Source of the DNA: Sphagnum compactum
Lineage: Eukaryota
DNA length: 64,000 nt
Direction of reading: 5' to 3'
Assembly: GCA_965153455.1 (NCBI GenBank)
Contig: OZ234493.1
Span: 20,636,213 to 20,700,212, forward strand
Below are positions 59,984 to 64,000 of this stretch, one piece after another (position 1 is the first letter of the stretch; each line of letters begins with the position of its first letter). Position numbers and translations under genes: made by a program. The notes under the pieces were generated by a model that was not told the DNA's origin, searched no databases, and was given only the letters and a program-made list of their open reading frames with translations.

Positions 59984-62891
59984 ATGGAATCTGTGTTGAG
60001 AGACTCGATATCTGAGACACGCAGAATTATGTTTCTAGGTTCGTGGAAAGGCATAGATGCAGGTAGGGGCCAAGCAGCAGCCAAGGCAAGCACATTGCAA
60101 ATGGTGTCTAGGGGAGAATGCCAAGGTGTCTCCACATCGACTCAACGACATCTGAGCTTTGGAAGGAATTCAGTTTCCATGCTTTTTCCCTTGAGCATCA
60201 AGAACTTCCAAAGACCTGAAAGGTACAATAATAGAATTGCTACTTGGTCGATATTTGGCAGTCTGTTTTTTTGAGTCCCTAGCTTCTGAGGTTTTGCACA
60301 TGTTGGTGTTTGTGTTACTGGCAGGTCTCTTCTTATCCGTGGAGCAACTACTGAAGATGTGGAAGCAGAGAAGGAGATGATTGAACTAGATGCGGTGAAT
60401 TTTCTTTCACTCGGCAATTTATCAAGTGGAAATTGATGATTTCTTTCTGGCGGCCTTTTTAGGCATGGCTTATCATGTCATCATCTCATGATTTCTGTTC
60501 AAATTAGACTTCGATTGTACGCCTTGAGAAGTTCTCGAATTTTTAATGAAGATGTTTTTTGATTTGGGCACAATGCAAACAGGACCTGATAGCCATACTA
60601 AGAGCTATAACATCTGTTCGGATTCACACTAATATGCTCTAGGTTTGAGATGGTAGATGGAGAGGATGGAGAAGACATTGGAGGCTACAAGATCAAATTT
60701 TAATACTGTGCGCACAGGCAGAGCAAGCCCTTCATTGTTGGACCGTGTTGAGGTGTGTGTGGAAATCACATGACTTTTTATGACAATTCCATTTTCTGTC
60801 TCGGACCAGAAACACAGTAATATTGTTGGCGGGTTTTTGAGGGAGTGAGTTGTTTTGTCAATGGGAAGGTGGAATACTATGGCACTCCAGTCATTCTCAA
60901 AAGCATTGCCCAAGTCAGCACACCAGATGGTAGCACACTCCTCATCCAACCCTTTGACAAATCAAGGTGACTTTGTCTTCCTGTTATGAGTTCTCTGATC
61001 TCCAAGGAATAGGCTCTCTGGCTTGAAGGACTTTCCCTGGCATCCATGCTGAGTTTGGCAAATTTTTCTTGGACACAGAGGCATATATGGTAGAATAGAT
61101 AATGAGACAAATTGGTACATGGAGATGAGTGAATCTGGAAATGAAACGAAATAGAGTAGTGTACTCCATCTTTATATGGTTTGAGATTTCTGTGCTTTTT
61201 ATGAGTGTTTGGGGTCTTTGTTGTGCAGCCTTGCAGCAATAGAGAAAGCTCTTATCAAGTCTGACTTGGGCCTCACACCAAGCAATGATGGGAATGTGAT
61301 CAGACTCACTGTCCCGCAACTCACTGCAGATAGGAGGAAGGTTTGTTTTTCTTCATATTTCATTAAACTGCTAATCTTTCTGTGCAGATAATCATTTTGG
61401 ACTCTGAAAGAATGGACATTTCATACATGGAACGTTAGAGGGTGAAACACATAAAAGTGTTTTGGGATGAGTTTCACACACTCAAGTATGGACATTAGCT
61501 ATCGAACTGTACACTATTTCAACCCAGATTGTGTAACCCTTTGATGGATCATAGAAGTTTATAATCTGGTGTACAGTACGCAATGCAGGTTGAATTGTGG
61601 GCCACATGCATTGTTGGGAACTGCCCTTAAAGCTCCATGATTTCTATTTTGCAGGAACTTTTGAAGCTGGTGTCAAAACTTACAGAAGATGGCAAGGTTT
61701 GCTGCCTCTTCTTTTGTTGGGACCATTTGATGCACTGCCATTGTAAATGATGCAATAGCTCCTGAGCAAGGAACATACTCTTACTGTGAGCCATTGGTGC
61801 TTCAATTCACTGAAGCGTCAAAATGCTGTGAACAGCTTGTGTGACTTGAAAATGGCCAGTCTTGTCCTTCTCTTAAGGTTCTAAATCACTATGTGGGGAA
61901 AGGTAAAGAATATTGAAGATCTGTTACATGTGTAAAGGACTAGCATGGGTGGATAACCACTCTCCTCATCTGGAAGATCCCTTATGTTACCTCTTTGTTT
62001 AATTTTCTCTGAGTTCTGGAGATTGGGACTGCAGGTGGCATTGCGAAATGTGAGGAGAGATGCAATGAAAGCATATGACAAACTTGAAAAGGTTGTTTTG
62101 CTTCTCTGTCAATTTTCTACCAGTATGCACTTATCAGTGCACATGCTTTTGTGCTGGCTTCTATGTGTTGTGTGCCAAAGTTCTTTGATAATACATTTGT
62201 GGCAAGCTTACAGACATGCCACTTGGTACCAGAGGACCATGTTGTTGGATATACATGCCCAGTACTCTGACATGAACATAACAGAAGTTTTGTGCTCTGT
62301 GGTCAATAGGAAAAGAAGCTCTCTGCAGACAATGTGAAGGACTTGTCCGAGGATATCCAGGTATAATTACTAAGCTTTTTCATATTCAATAGTGCATAGC
62401 TGACATATATTTGAGGTGTAATTTGGTTTGAGGATGGTCAAACTCGCGACACAGAGTTTGCACTAGATACTTTCCAATCATCATCTATACAATCTAATTA
62501 TGTGTATTGTGTGTTCTTAGGTGCTTAAGAAAATAGGTTTGTTTCATGCCTGAATTAGACTATACCTTGAATTCTTTGTCTATCCACCAATGTTCCAGAA
62601 ACTTACTGATGAGTACGTCAAGAAGATGGAGACCCTTTTCAAGCAAAAGGAGAAGGTGAGGTGCTGCTACAACTTTCCCTAGAAATGTGTCAAGAGGTCT
62701 GCTAACTGTCATCAGTTGGCATGATTGATTCTTTGAGACTTGTGAATGGGACTGGCACAAAGCCAGTCTGTGGTTCTGTACATCTTTTTGCATTCTGCAC
62801 TGCCTTGGTTGTGTCTTGAATTGTGTGAGATAGAGAGAGAAATACTGATTGTGAACATGATACTGTTTTGCAGGAACTGACTACAGTATAA
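59984..62891 (+). CDS. RRF: Ribosome recycling factor, chloroplast precursor (frr homologue), 10 coding exons, 279 aa
   Basis: Exons, all GT-AG and phase-consistent: 59984-60222, 60325-60394, 60657-60752, 60869-60966, 61229-61340, 61655-61696, 62035-62091, 62310-62360, 62599-62655, 62874-62891 (840 nt). RRF motifs: [106 protein letters not shown]...KEKEL. An ~85-aa N-terminal extension is consistent with a transit peptide. Confidence 0.95.
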
Positions 62892-64000
62892 ACTGTGATG
62901 AGCATTGTCAACTCTTGGCTCTGAGAAATTGTTACCAGTGTGTAGATGACAGCAAAAACCAAGAGACACTATGTAAAGTACAACTGAGATAGTTGGGAGG
63001 TGACAAGCAACAAGTCAGTAAATACAGTCAGTGTAAAATGCAGAATAGCTTTCTGAATTCATATTCCTGTGATCATTTTGAAATTCAATGCACTTTGTCA
63101 TTTACAAAGCATCACCTTGCACAATGATGATTCTCTGTGTTGGATGCTGACCATACCTGGAGTGTTCATGGAAATGGCATTGGTGATGTACATTGCTCAA
63201 CAAATAGACTCTGAGCTATACCAGTGTGGACAGCTGAACCCTAAACCTGATATCTGAGCAAGAAAAAACTGTAGAGAAGCAAAATATCCAAGCTCAGTTG
63301 GCAAATGGCCATTCACAGTGGAACAGAATAGTGCTTAGATTGGTACTTGACCTTGGAATAGAGCTTGGTCCTTGGAAGAAAACAATTCAGTGTTCACAAA
63401 TGTTTTCATGATGACACTTATTTGTCAATGATACTCCAGTCAGTGAATCTGCATCAGTCTGTGGTACTCTCATGAAATTGGAATCTTGCACTTCTCGTGG
63501 ATTTAATCCTTGAATTCTTCATCTTCTTTGTCTGAACTTAACAATTGCATTGACAGTGACAGGCTTGATGTCTACAGCGTTGATGTGGGACTTAACAGTT
63601 TGTGTTCACACACTGAAGCTGCTTTTACTTTTATCTTATGAATCTTCACCACATGTGGTACTTTGTATGTTTTGGCAATTCCACAAGCATTTGCAGGTGC
63701 AAGGTGACTAAACCTGAGCAGCAATTTACACGAAGCTGCTGCAACAGCCATGGTTCCTTGACCATTCAACTCATGACAATCTAGTTGTTTGCAACACTGT
63801 TTTAAGCAGCAATTTGTGTCACAAACAGTGGCATCACACATGGCTAACACTCTGCAATTGGCCTTCAGTGTCTAGATTCCTGCTTTGTTTATACATTTAG
63901 ACTGAGAGTAGTGTTCCAGATGCAGGGAACCTTTGCTTTTTCAGAGTTTTGTTGACTTTTGCCCATAATTATCTACAAAGAATATCATCTTAGTCTCTTG

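Noticed and set aside
63000..64000. Cys-rich 92-aa ORF (63572-63850, -) and neighbouring short ORFs
   Set aside because: No recognisable domain. It may be UTR or the end of a gene beyond the window and cannot be supported here.

Overview
This is nuclear DNA from a land plant. It has GT-AG spliced genes and scattered TTTAGGG telomere-type repeats. The low-complexity, repeat-rich character suggests a bryophyte, possibly Sphagnum; that assignment is an inference. Three intact protein-coding genes can be reconstructed by hand: (1) an intronless PLATZ zinc-finger transcription factor (3108-4178, +, 356 aa); (2) a 9-exon O-fucosyltransferase-family (GT106, FRIABLE1-like) glycosyltransferase (23472-18910, -, 717 aa) with a long uORF-rich leader; (3) a 10-exon chloroplast ribosome recycling factor (59984-62891, +, 279 aa). 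About 32 kb between genes 2 and 3 has no recognisable intact gene. It holds a decayed BED-finger/hAT-type transposase (a second copy lies at ~11-13 kb), a 914-bp solo LTR with a target-site duplication inserted into that transposase, several dispersed repeat families, and minisatellites, one built from telomere repeats. I found no rRNA, tRNA or CRISPR. I cannot demonstrate a new multi-gene system. The best unexplained signals are a compact multi-hairpin element bounded by splice sites upstream of RRF, the divergent intronless PLATZ flanked by direct repeats, and several unusual arrangements of telomere repeats.
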